From positions 1 through 64,000 of the forward strand of contig CBFDEM010000013.1 in the NCBI GenBank assembly GCA_965603825.1: a DNA stretch of 64,000 nucleotides, in the 5' to 3' direction. Positions 46,506 through 57,755 of the stretch are shown here, piece after piece. Each line of letters starts with the position of its first letter. Positions within the stretch are counted from its first letter, which is position 1. A model generated the notes under the pieces. The model ran no database searches, was not told the DNA's origin, and saw only the letters and a list, made by a program, of their open reading frames with translations. This stretch comes from Blepharisma stoltei ATCC 30299. Its lineage: Eukaryota > Protista > Ciliophora. Both the position numbers and the translations under genes were made by a program.

Positions 46506-48083
46506 TTAAAGTCTTAAAGAATGGTTCAATGAAGGCAGATTCGGCTTTTGTAAAGACAGCCTTCTGCTATGTTTTATATAGCTAGTTTTCACTTCCGCCT
46601 TCAAGCTTATGTCAAGAATTCATGCATGATTTAAAGCCTGCTCTGGGGTAATTCTTTTGGCTGGGTCTCATTCTAAGCATCCTAAATAAATTTTACTTTC
46701 AATTAAATCCAGCAGCAGTTTGTCTCCACAAGGAAAAAAATCGGTCAGCAATTTACTGCCTGGTATTCTATTTCTTCCTTTAGGGGACGGCAAACTAAGA
46801 GGGATAAGTTCTTCACTAAAGAAAAGATTTGCACGAGTCGATTTTTCAATTAAATTATCTGGTGGAAGCCCTTTAATTTCCATAATCCTTGTCATAAGAT
46901 CAGCTTCATTTTCAGCTGGAAATAAAGGGTAGGCATTTGCGAGCTCTACTAAAATGCACCCAAAAGACCATATATCTATTGCAGTTGTGTATGGGATTCC
47001 TAGGATTATTTCTGGCGCTCTATAAAATCGTGACTGAATATAAGTATATACGCACTCATCCTCTAGGCAAGCTGAGCCAAAATCAATTATTTTTATTCCG
47101 GATTTATTAAGATGTTTTAGTAAAATATTTTCTGGCTTTAAATCGCAGTGAATAATATTTTTTTTTTTTAAAAATTGTAAAGAGTAGAGTAGTTGGATTG
47201 CGATTCGTCTGACGAGGTTCAAAGGTAGCCCTTTGAAATTGTTATTTTTTATAAGTTCATATAAATTTATACTGAGAAGCTCAAAAGTCAAACAAATATG
47301 CTTTCTAAATGTAAAATTGTCATACATATGGACTAAATTTGCGGAGTCCTGCTTATCGGTAGAAGAAATTATTGATAAAACCTTTATTTCAATGCCAGCT
47401 TGGTATAAAAACTTTTTCTTATTTCTGATGATTTTCATAGCAATTAGGGAATGCTTTTTTCTATCAAAGCATTTGCAGACCTGCCCAAAGCTGCCTTTTC
47501 CAATTATGGAAATAATTTCATAGCGATAATCAATGTGATCTCCTATAATAAGATTATAATCACCCCTTTCGTCATCATATCCGTAGTTTTTTAAATTTAT
47601 ATTTGAGATCTTTTTAGCTCCTAGTCCGAGAAAATATATTTTCTTATATGATAAAATTTCAGCTTGTTCATATGGGGTTAAATATTTTTGAAATTTTGAT
47701 AAGGCTGTGCCAGGAGTAATAGGAAGCTGCAGGGACTCGAATTCTTGCTGAGGAGTTGGTGGTTCTGAGGATTTTCTTGTTTCTTGAGTACATTCTCGAG
47801 AACTTATATTACCGTTGATAGAAGTTTTTAGTTTCATATCAGAAGTATTGAGCGCAGCTATAAGTGGGCTGCAAAATTTATTGCGGATGATGCTTTTTCT
47901 ACCTCTAGGGGAGGCATAAGGGGAAATTTTAGCTAGGGCTGCAGATGAAGACTTATCATTGATTGGATTTTTGGGTAAGATTTGGGAATTTCTATAAGAG
48001 CGTGGCAATGAACCATTTCTAGGAGAGTTAATAATAGTTCTATTTCGCTTTGGAGTTATATTTCTTGCTGATTTTTTTTGCAT
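46506..48083 (-). CDS. DYRK2/3/4-type dual-specificity kinase (520 aa; probable 15-nt intron)
   Basis: YGYDDERGDY (DH box), GKGSFGQV, HCDLKPEN, DFGSA, YTYIQSRFYRAPE. C-terminal CLE(W)DPAKRITPEQALNHA(W)I uses TGA at 46668 and 46620. TAA 46506. Confidence 0.93.
46682..46696 (-). other. 15-nt frame-preserving intron GTAAAATTTATTTAG
   Basis: Removing it converts DLIESKIYLGCLEW to the kinase consensus DLIERCLEW. A at position 10. Confidence 0.8.
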
Positions 48084-48311
48084 TTTTGTGAAGCAATCTA
48101 ATATATGCAGAATAATTATAATTGATTGATAATAATCAAAAATGCAATTCAGCTATTTCAAAAGCTTTATTAATCTTCTGCAGAAATTATTAAGGTCTCT
48201 GAAGAGGTAAAATTATTATTTTCGTATTGCTTAAAGACTTTAAATAGTCTATGCAATGGACTATATTAAGGAAATATGAAATTTATACTAAATAACATTT
48301 CATAAGCCGAA

Positions 48312-49439
48312 ATGATGCAAATGCTCATTAGAGGATTCAAGAGCTCCCCTCGTCTTCTGATGAAAAAAGACTACTACAAAATTCTAGGCGTCAGCCCTTC
48401 TGCTACAGACCCAGAAATAAAAAAAGCTTATTTTATCCTCGCAAAAAAATTTCACCCAGATGTCTGTAGTGACCCATCTGCCAAAGAAAAATTTTCTGAA
48501 ATTAATGAAGCTTATGAAACCATTGCAAATTCTCAGAAAAGGAATCTTTATAATGCCTCTAGAAAGGAAAATAACACCCACAAAGAAGAAAAAGTCCATG
48601 AAGATCCTGAAAATATTTTTGAAGGGTTTGAAGATTTTAATTTCCAAGGCTCTTTTTCCCAGTTTGAGTTCAATAACATTTCTCTGGATAATAATCAAGA
48701 AAAAAAGCAATTTAAAGGTGATGATATTAAATTAGCAATTGAAGTCCCATTTTTAGAAGCAATTCATGGGATATCAAGAGTTTTGAAATTTGAAAGGAGA
48801 ACATTGTGCAATGCATGTCATGGCTCAAAAATGAAAATTGGCACAGCAAGAGCAAAATGCGAGGCTTGTCAAGGGAAAGGGGTTATATCAGTAAAAAAAG
48901 ATAATATGAATGTACAGGTTATGTGCCAAAAATGCAAAGGCGTTGGGAATTTTATAAGGGCATTATGTTTAAGCTGCAGAGGAAGAGGGATTTTATCGAG
49001 CAAAGCCACAGAAGCTGTTCGCTTTCCATCAGGGGTTGATGATGGCTTTATGCTGAGAATGCTAAATAAAGGGCATCATAGTGAATTAGGTGGCCCACCT
49101 GGTGATTTGCAAGTGTGGGTAAAAGTGCTACCCAGCCCTACTTATAAGCGCCAAGGTTACGATATACATACGAATTTGTCTTTATCTGTAACCCAAGCTG
49201 TCCTTGGAGCCGAAATAGAAGTGGATACAATTCATGGAAAAACAAAAATACAAGTAAACCCAGGTACGAACCCTGGAGATACACATAGAATTGTAGGACA
49301 AGGGATCAAATACTTACCCCCAAGCACCCTTAAGGGGCATCATTTTGTGGAATTTAATATAAAAATCCCTAAAAAGCTGACTTCAGAGCAGAGAAGCATT
49401 TTTGAGCAATTAGAAAAAGTAAAATCCAAAACAAAATAA
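48312..49439 (+). CDS. Type I DnaJ/Hsp40, mitochondrial (Mdj1/TID1-like)
   Basis: Presequence-like N-terminus, J domain with HPD, four CxxCxGxG-type repeats, C-terminal substrate-binding domain. Confidence 0.92.
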   Translation: MMQMLIRGFKSSPRLLMKKDYYKILGVSPSATDPEIKKAYFILAKKFHPDVCSDPSAKEKFSEINEAYETIANSQKRNLYNASRKENNTHKEEKVHEDPENIFEGFEDFNFQGSFSQFEFNNISLDNNQEKKQFKGDDIKLAIEVPFLEAIHGISRVLKFERRTLCNACHGSKMKIGTARAKCEACQGKGVISVKKDNMNVQVMCQKCKGVGNFIRALCLSCRGRGILSSKATEAVRFPSGVDDGFMLRMLNKGHHSELGGPPGDLQVWVKVLPSPTYKRQGYDIHTNLSLSVTQAVLGAEIEVDTIHGKTKIQVNPGTNPGDTHRIVGQGIKYLPPSTLKGHHFVEFNIKIPKKLTSEQRSIFEQLEKVKSKTK

Positions 49440-49578
49440 TTACAAATGCTATAATTTAAAAATTTAGGTATAAAAATAGCAATATTCGCTTATTTGAAAT
49501 ATAAATCTCGAAAAATTGATTTAAGCATAATTTTAATTATTTTTTAATATGAATTAAATACGTTTATAATTAATTCTA

Positions 49579-50373
49579 ATGGCACTTGGATCAAATATAG
49601 GCATTATGGATGGAGCCTTTTTTGTAGGAAAAACAGAGCTCCTCAGCTGGGTTAACGGTCTCCTCCAACTAAATATCACAAAGGTCGAGCAAATGGCAAC
49701 AGGAGCTGCTTATTGCCAAATTATGGATGCAGTATTCCCGGGATGCATAAATCTCAGCAAAATTAATTGGAGCGCTAAATATGATCACGAGTACACCCAC
49801 AACTTTAAGCTCCTGCAAGCCGCTTTTGATAAAAATAACGTGCAAAAATTTATTGAAGTTGAAAAACTTATAAAGGCAAAATCATTAGATAATTTAGAAT
49901 TTTTACAATGGTTCAAGCGGTTTGTGGATTTAAATTATAGAGGAGGGGACTACCCCGCTTTAGAAAGAAGGAGAGGAGCTAAAACGCCATGGGATGTAGG
50001 CGAAAGAGCTGGGCCTCAAGTATCGCAGCCGAGATCTCAAAATCCTCCACAACAGAGAAATCCGAAACCTGCTGTAGCTTCAAGAGCTCCTCAGCCAAAG
50101 GCGAAACCTGTAAGAGAAGCAAAACCAGACGAAAGTGAAGTTACCAGACAAATTGCAGAACTAAGACTGACTGCAGATTCTTTAGAAAAGGAAAGGGATT
50201 TTTATTTTGGAAAATTAAGGGCTATTGAGCTGTTTTGTGAACACTTTGAAAATCAAGAAAATCCTATTGTCATGGATATACAGAAAATATTATTCGCGAC
50301 AGATGAAGAAAATGTCGCAGTGAATGATGATGGGAGTGTTTCTATTACACCAATTGAGCCGGCGGAGTTGTAG
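49579..50373 (+). CDS. EB1: Microtubule plus-end-binding protein EB1
   Basis: CH domain (GAFFVGKTELLSWVN..TGAAYCQIMD..DNLEFLQW) and EBH domain (LEKERDFYFGKLRAIE). Confidence 0.95.
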   Translation: MALGSNIGIMDGAFFVGKTELLSWVNGLLQLNITKVEQMATGAAYCQIMDAVFPGCINLSKINWSAKYDHEYTHNFKLLQAAFDKNNVQKFIEVEKLIKAKSLDNLEFLQWFKRFVDLNYRGGDYPALERRRGAKTPWDVGERAGPQVSQPRSQNPPQQRNPKPAVASRAPQPKAKPVREAKPDESEVTRQIAELRLTADSLEKERDFYFGKLRAIELFCEHFENQENPIVMDIQKILFATDEENVAVNDDGSVSITPIEPAEL

Positions 50374-51653
50374 AATGGATAATTAATAATATTTGGATTT
50401 AATAAAAATAAGCCTGCAATTATAGATCCTTAAACTTATTATCATTTATCTAAAATTTTGATTTGAATGAGCTTAATTTAAAAATCTTTGGCAATTTATG
50501 CTTATTTACAGATTTTTATTATATTTACTTAATGAAAGCTGATCAAACGTTTGAGCATTTGCAATGCTAAGCAATCTTCAATATCCTTCTCTATATATAA
50601 TAGTAGCTCAGTCAAGATAGAATCTATTTATCCTTACAAGATATTTTTAAATTAGATTATGCTCAAAAGATAATTAATTAGCGTAAATAGATATTAATCA
50701 GTACAATTTTACTACCTTCAAACTCAATATCCTTTTAAAATCACTTATGATCCTATACATATCATTCATGCCTTCATGAGCAATGATATTGTTTTTCTCA
50801 TTCAATATACATTTACATTTGTTTATTTAATATAAAAAGGAAAAGATATATCTATTTATTGCCATTAATTGTAACTGACTAATGAAAATCTTGTTTACTA
50901 AATGATTTCATCATTAAACATACTGAATTTAAGCATGAGAAAAACAAAGATATTGGCCTTAAGAGTCACAAGTTTCTCTAGTTGAGCATTTTAATAGAAA
51001 TTATGTGTATTTAGAACCATTTATCAACAAAAAAGATTTTAGTATGAAGAAACTATATATTCAATAGTTTAACAAAGAGAAAAAGAAAAAGCAAGATATT
51101 TATCTTTTTAAATCATGATAATGAGTCAACGCATTGTTCTCTTAATAGATAAAAAAAGAAAGATATTTTGGAATTTATGATAAAAAATGGCGAGAAATGG
51201 TTAGGTGCTGGCCGTTGTAAATTTTGGGAATAAATATGGAAATTTGGGTCATTTTGGAAAATTTGGAGTAAATGTTTAGAAATCATAGGAGTTTGAGCAA
51301 AACAAATAGCTAAAGCAGATACAAATTAAATTGATTAATTATTTGGATTAATTTAGAAATTTTTACAAATAAAAAAATTTAAAAAATTTTCGAGTTTTTT
51401 ATAGTATTTTTAATTTTTCCAAGCCTAGCTAGCTTCACAATAAACACTTTTTATGATAATTCAAGCAACAAGGCATTTCATTTTATTTTACAATTTTAAT
51501 AGGAATAATAATCAAAATTCCTATGCATAAATATTTTTATAACTTCTTTCTAATTTTTATCATTATTTTAAAATTTTGTATCTCTTCTAAACTACTAATT
51601 ACTTTAATTTAATCTTTAAACAACCCCTTAACACTTCAATTAAATCAAATTAA

Positions 51654-52169
51654 TTAAGATGACGTAGAAGAAGCAGTCTGTAAAGTTTGCACATTTTTTG
51701 GGTTTTCAGACCAATTAATTGGGAACCTACTAATTCTTGGACGGTCAGCCAATATAGTTCGCTGGATTTTTTCAGGGATTGGCACAGGTGGCAAATTTTC
51801 CATGAGTTCTGGATCAGTGTATTGGTTATTCGCATAATATCCGATTCTGAAAAATTCCTGTTCCCAATAAGAGCATGTCAAAATGACAGCTGTTATACCT
51901 ACGACTTCTTCAGAGGGAATCTTATTAATATCAGGCCCATCAGCTTCGAATACGAACCTCATTGTCCCATACTGTAGCGGGCCAATCAGAACTGAATCCA
52001 AGACTTGATCAAAGCTGGAGTTTTCTGAAGAGCCTACATATATGATTTTCCACTCCAAATCATCTGGCAGAGGTGTTAAGCACTCAAATGTGATTTCGAA
52101 TTTAAAGGCATCTTTGAACATTGCTGGGTTATTCAAGACTCGCACGTTAGTGACATTGATTGCCGCCAT
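51654..52169 (-). CDS. ASF1: Histone H3/H4 chaperone ASF1
   Basis: VLNNPAMF..FEITFECL..DLEWKIIYVGS..DQVLDSVLIGP..EFFRIGYY..PRISRFPINW. Confidence 0.96.
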   Translation of the reverse strand: MAAINVTNVRVLNNPAMFKDAFKFEITFECLTPLPDDLEWKIIYVGSSENSSFDQVLDSVLIGPLQYGTMRFVFEADGPDINKIPSEEVVGITAVILTCSYWEQEFFRIGYYANNQYTDPELMENLPPVPIPEKIQRTILADRPRISRFPINWSENPKNVQTLQTASSTSS

Positions 52170-52286
52170 TTCACCTAAGTAAAATTATGAAGATGTGAGA
52201 GGTATTATGCTAATATAAAATAAATTGATTAATGTTAAGAAATTGATAATTTTAAACAGAAATGTAGTAGCATTAGTTTAAAATCA

Positions 52287-52736
52287 TTAATCCACTGCTG
52301 TCACCTCCACCTCATCAATCTCCAGAAACTCATGTAATATATCTTCATGGTAAAACTCACAATTATTTAGCAGCTCGCTATAATCATTATCACTGTTATC
52401 CTCTTCATTTATATCTACATCCAGTCGATCTTTTATTCCACATTTTTCTTCTTGCACTTTTCCGGTGCTGAAATTATATCCTGTAATTGACTCAGACGAA
52501 GAAAACACTGGGAAAAGCCTTTGAGGGGTTCGAGAGTTTGGTAGATTTATGCTGCGCTTAGAGGAGCCAGGGATGTGAGTTTCTTTGACATTATCACAAA
52601 TTGGCGACCTAGGAGAACTTTCGAGAGGCGGCTTATCAAGATTTATGACACGTCGTAATGAAATATTGGAATTGTTATTTATTGAAGAGTGAGGCAATCG
52701 TGGATTTGTTGCGTTTAAGGATGCACTGCAACCCAT
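52287..52736 (-). CDS. Hypothetical protein with N-myristoylation/palmitoylation motif
   Basis: Starts MGCSAS, 149 aa, acidic C-terminus, TAA stop. Confidence 0.65.
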   Translation of the reverse strand: MGCSASLNATNPRLPHSSINNNSNISLRRVINLDKPPLESSPRSPICDNVKETHIPGSSKRSINLPNSRTPQRLFPVFSSSESITGYNFSTGKVQEEKCGIKDRLDVDINEEDNSDNDYSELLNNCEFYHEDILHEFLEIDEVEVTAVD

Positions 52737-52945
52737 TTGATATGATTTATATTATTTACAGATTATGGTCCGCATATATTATACTGATTATAATCTTAAT
52801 TTGGCTGAAATAGCTTATAATTCTGCTGTTTTTACTTTAAATTCAGAATAAATTCTAAGCTTTTTATATAAAAATCCTTAGTAAGCTTATTTATTTAATT
52901 CACCAATTGATATTATTTTTCTCAAAATTATCAAGTACTTTATAA

Positions 52946-53719
52946 TTAAATTTTACCGACTTTCTTTTTCACATAATCCTGTGGCAGATTACGTTTAACG
53001 ATATCATTATAGCTTCTCTTAAATTTTAGCATATCCTCTCTCCTTTCTGTTCTTTTCTTATATCACTCATCCAATACCTCTTCTCCTTTATTACTCTCAT
53101 TTTCATCTTTTTCGGATTTTCTTTCTGAATGCTCTTCAATAAAATGGTTATTATTTTGCTGATTTTTACATTTGTCAAGCTCTTTTCTAAGCTCGAAAAT
53201 TGTTTCTTTGCATTTTTTAATCTCATTTTGATACATTTTATTGTGGGATTCCAGCTCTTCTTTCTCATGTCGAGATTCTCTAAGCTCTTCTAATAGCAAT
53301 TCAATCTGTTCTTTAATAGCTTCGGTCTCGATTTCCTTTTCTTCTTCAGCTTTGTTAATATTTTCTTTGAGCTCTTCGATAGTTTTTTCGTTTTTTTCGT
53401 CTTTTTCAAGTCTCATTTTAAGGAGTTTAAGCTCTGCTTGTGAATTTTTGTAGTCGTTATCTGTATTTTTTATTATTTCTTTTAAATTGTCAATAGTAGA
53501 TTGGCATCTCGTGGACTCATTTTCATAATCCTGCTCGATTTCTTTGATATGGTCAACTAAGCTTTGATAATTTGTTTGCAGAAGTTTGTAGTCACTTTCT
53601 AGTTTTGATAATTTTTGAGTAAGCTGGAAGTTTTGCTGTAGTAAATTTGTGTTTTGAGCTCGAATAAGCTCGATATTGCTACCAAATATTTGAGGGAGAA
53701 ATTTATTAACTTCAGACAT
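52946..53719 (-). CDS. Coiled-coil protein (257 aa with UGA=Trp)
   Basis: E/K-rich heptads. The frame continues through TGA 53063 to TAA 52946-52948. Confidence 0.72.
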
Positions 53720-53857
53720 CGAGAAATCTATTACATTTTTACTAATAAATTTTTGGTTGAAACTTAGGATTTTACTTTTAAAATTTTAGAATAGATGCTG
53801 TTTTAACATAAATAAGCTACATCTCCTCCAAATTTAAAAAATCTAATCAGTTATTAT

Positions 53858-55312
53858 ATGAAGAAAAACAGTATTATAGCACTAAGTGACCCAAACTTTA
53901 AAAAGAAGCAAGAAATCCGCCGAATCCAGCCTCTTTTCCGCAAGCAATTTCAATCTCCCCGCTCCTCTTTAACGTCCTTAGTATCCCCTACCAATCAGCC
54001 TCCATCTACCTCAAATTTTCTTCAGATCGATTCTATGTCCCCTGCAGGTGTTCGTCCAGAAACCGCAGAGCCAGTCCTCCACAGCGACGCCCACATAGAA
54101 TCCGAAATTAAGCGTTTAATTGGCGAGCGCATTTCTTTAATCAGAGAACTTGTGACTTACGGAGAAAAATACGAAAATAAGCTGTGCATGAAAGCCAGAT
54201 TCAGCCAAATGCTTGGGTACTGCCAAAAACTTGATAGCATGGTAAAAGATGCAGGAAGCCATATAAAACAAGAAAAAGAGCTCTTTGATAAACTAGAAAG
54301 TGGGCTTGGTGTGATAAGATCTCAAGAAAAAAACAAAGAAAGGCTATCACCAATGAAAAATTATGAAGAAAGTCCGCCTGATACAGAAGAAGGGTTAGAG
54401 CATCAGCATTGTGTGGATATTTCTGGGGTAACGTGCTTGGCATACATAAGGGCAAATAGGGATATGAGTGAATTTGAAGTAAATATACATGTGGATATAA
54501 GCTGTGAAGTTTTTACCTATGAATTTAAGCAATTTCGTTTCAGTATCCCAGAAGTAGTTATAGGTGGAAGATTTCTTTCTCTTGCTGTAGAATGAGACTT
54601 ATTCCCCCATTTCTATTTTACTTCCGAAAATGGGTCGCTAAAGCTAGGTTTTGATAGAGAGTATGGAATTCACAAAATTTATATCATAGCAAAAATCAGA
54701 GGGTTTTATTTTCAGCAGGTCTGCGTGATGTTGACTGAGAAGTCTGATTCTTTTATATTATCAATAGAAGAGCCGAGCATTTCTAAATCTCCTATAAAGG
54801 CTGAAGTCGCCAAGGAAAGGCTTAAACTCGACTCTAGCGCTGAGCTGATTTCTTCATCAAGAAGAAAAGCTTTTAAACATTTATTAGAAGAAAAACTAAG
54901 TCTGCTAAAAGATGACGGAGGCTTGAAGCTTACATGGGGATCTTCATTATGAGATATGGAAAAAAGGCTTAATAAAAGGAAATCAGATATAAGGAAAACC
55001 ATGTTTAGCTTTTTCAATGTAAAAGCTGATCCTGGACTGTACTCAGACTATGATGTACTGATGCATCAGGATAAAATTAATATCAACGGAAACAAAGGCT
55101 TGGTGGTTTCTATTAAAATTAACACAATTTTAGACCTGCTGAGGCTGGAAATAAAATATGACAATTTATCAAGAATAATTAAAGAAGAAGACTATAGAGA
55201 AGATTTTTTGTTTTTAAAAAGCCTGAGTTTTGATGGAGAAATCCAGTATGCAACGTTATTCAGGTCACTGGAATTTGAATATTTTATCCGTCAAATTTCG
55301 ATGTCACGCTAA
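53858..55312 (+). CDS. Hypothetical protein (484 aa with UGA=Trp)
   Basis: Three ORF-track pieces in one frame, separated only by TGA (54593, 54950). TAA 55310-55312. Confidence 0.75.
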
Positions 55313-55367
55313 TTTTAACAAATTTAATCATACCGTTTTAATAAAGAGGATTATATTAATTCCTCAC

Positions 55368-56225
55368 TTAAGAAGAGGTTCTTGAGCGCAAGAATTCCAA
55401 AAGATAAATTGGTAAGAGCGAGTTGACGAATAGTCTTCCTACAAAGCTCCAATACCCAACGTAAAATCCCCATACGGATTCTCTATGCAGTGTTTTGAAA
55501 AAACAGTCTAAGAAGTTTCTGTAAATTTCTTTCCCTTCTTTTTGGACCTGCAGCTTAGTTTTAATGTTGTCAAATGGCAAGGCGAAGATCCCGCCTGTAA
55601 TAGATGCAAAAATTGCTGCCAAAGGTTTTACTCCAGTCACGTCTCCCCAGTTATTGGCCCAAAAAGACTTAGCTTGATCATAGGTGCCAAGCATGCCGAA
55701 AGCTATCATAGATTTTTGAAGGGAGTTTGCGAAAGCTCCTTTAAGCATATCTTTCCCTAAAAGGGTAGGGACTGATGCCAAGCCTTGATAATGGTATGCC
55801 AATTCTGGTTTAAGCACAGGGCTTGCTTGCATTCTTGTAAGGATCACATCAAGAGGGTTCAAAAGGTAAGTAAGTACAAAAGCAGCCGTCATAGAACAGG
55901 CTGTTCTTCTCATGGTAGAAACTGAGTGGTATCTATCTTGGCTTTCTGCTTTTGAGACGAAATGATAATATATATAAGTTCTCCCAATGCCAAAAGTGAA
56001 AGTTCTTAATAAGGCTGGGCCAAAACCTGTATACAAAGCTGACCATCCTTTTTGAGAGATTGCTGTATGTGCCAAAGGGCTGCCTCTTATGATCTCTACC
56101 TTTTGATTTATAGCGAGGACCTGCTGTTGAACTTTCATAAAATCGAAAGGCTGAGATATCAGCAGTGGAAGTGTACTAGCAATTGCTCCTAAGGCGGCTC
56201 CAGGTGATTGACGAGAGTCGGACAT
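55368..56225 (-). CDS. Mitochondrial carrier, 2-oxoglutarate/dicarboxylate-like
   Basis: QPFDFMKVQQQ, NPLDVILTRMQA, LPFDNIKTKLQ signatures. LGTYDQAK and YRNFLDCFFKT resemble OGC/DTC. Confidence 0.88.
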   Translation of the reverse strand: MSDSRQSPGAALGAIASTLPLLISQPFDFMKVQQQVLAINQKVEIIRGSPLAHTAISQKGWSALYTGFGPALLRTFTFGIGRTYIYYHFVSKAESQDRYHSVSTMRRTACSMTAAFVLTYLLNPLDVILTRMQASPVLKPELAYHYQGLASVPTLLGKDMLKGAFANSLQKSMIAFGMLGTYDQAKSFWANNWGDVTGVKPLAAIFASITGGIFALPFDNIKTKLQVQKEGKEIYRNFLDCFFKTLHRESVWGFYVGYWSFVGRLFVNSLLPIYLLEFLRSRTSS

Positions 56226-56246
56226 ATTATTGGTAAATGGTTAAAA

Positions 56247-57728
56247 TTAAAAAGCAGAATATCCTTTATTATTTATAAAGCTTACCAAATCATTAATTTC
56301 TACCTCTGTTTCTTCATGTGTATTTAAAGATTTTACCCTAACCTTCCCTCTCTCTATTTCGCTTTCCCCAATCCACACAATAAACCCAATTCCTACCTCA
56401 CCCGCATACCCAGCTTGACCCTTTGAATCTGATTTTTCTTTATAGCTCATTTCACAAGGTATCCCACCATTCCACAGCAAATTACAAATTTTAAGCCTCT
56501 CCTTTACCAATAAATATTTGTTTGACGACCCTGCTTGTGCTACCAAAACTGATCTTTTTGGGTGCAAAATTTTCTCATTTTTATATTTTTCTTCTAAAAA
56601 TGCAAAAATTCTTTCCACGCCTAAAGAAACTCCGACAGCTGGGGTATTTACTTTATTTTCGCTTAATTTGGCAATTAAATTGTCATATCTGCCGCCTCCA
56701 GCAATTGAGCCTAAACTTGTGTCAGTTTTGAGCAAAATTGCTTCATATATAAGTCCAGTGTAATAGTCAAGCCCTCTAGCCAAGCTTAAGTCTAAGCTTA
56801 AATATTGGGTTGTGCCTAATACATCAGTAAATTCAAATAATTTTTCTAGCTCAGACAATGCAAGATTTCCTGTTTCATTTTCTGTTATTTCTTTGAATTT
56901 TTTGAGTTCTGATAAAATGCTTCAGGCTTCACCTTTGATTCTTACGTATTTTCCTATAGAATCCGCGACATCTTCTGTGATCCCTTTTTCAATCATTTCT
57001 TGTTTTACTGTGTTTCAGTCTTCTTTATCGAGTTTGTCAATAGATGATGATATATTTTGGCATTTTTCTATAGGACAGCCAGCTACTTTTAGTAAAGCGT
57101 CTAATAGAAGTCGGTGGCTTACCTTTATAATAAATTTCAGATCTAGTTTTTCAAGGATTTCTACAATAATTTTCAGGATTTCGGCTTCTTGGATCATTGT
57201 GACGCCTTTTCCTATGATATCGAAATCGCATTGATAGAACTCTCTATATCTGCCTTTAGAGGCTTGTGACTGCTCTCGGCGATAAACTTTCCCTAATTGA
57301 TACCTTTTTCAATTAAAAAGCCGATTCATAGCAACATATCTTGCTAATGGGACTGTTAAATCGTAGCGTAAGGATAAAATTTCGCCACCTTGGTCTGCAA
57401 GATTATAAATTAGTTTTGCGCCTTCTTCTCCGTATTTTTCTGTTAGTGTTTCTGTCAATTCCATTACAGGTGTATCTAATTGTCCTGCAAGATGTTTAGA
57501 AAACACTGCTCGGACTGTTTCAAAGACTTTTTCTCTTATTGCCATTTGCTCAGGAGAAAAATCCCTCATCCCTTTCGCTACCTTTGGGGTATATTTTTTA
57601 TGAGAAATTTGATCATTAGCCTCACTTGAATAACTTCTTGATAAAAAGAAACTCTGGCTTATAGGAGATTTTCTTATGATTTTGCTATAAAAACTCATAG
57701 GAAATCTTCTCATCATGGTTGGTATCAT
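56247..57728 (-). CDS. HARS: Histidyl-tRNA synthetase (493 aa with UGA=Trp) with N-terminal presequence
   Basis: [81 protein letters not shown]. Pieces joined through in-frame TGAs. Confidence 0.95.
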
Positions 57729-57755
57729 TATGATTATTTTAACTTGATATTTTAT

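Noticed and set aside
50789-50947. 13-bp inverted repeat TTGTTTTTCTCAT/ATGAGAAAAACAA as MITE or IES ends
   Set aside because: Low-complexity AT-rich arms, no clear target-site duplication and no second copy in the window.
51618-51636. Telomere-like AACCCCTTAACAC downstream of ASF1, as an internal telomere seed or telomerase RNA template
   Set aside because: A single imperfect copy in AT-rich 3' flank, with no surrounding structure and no exact CCCTAACA permutation.
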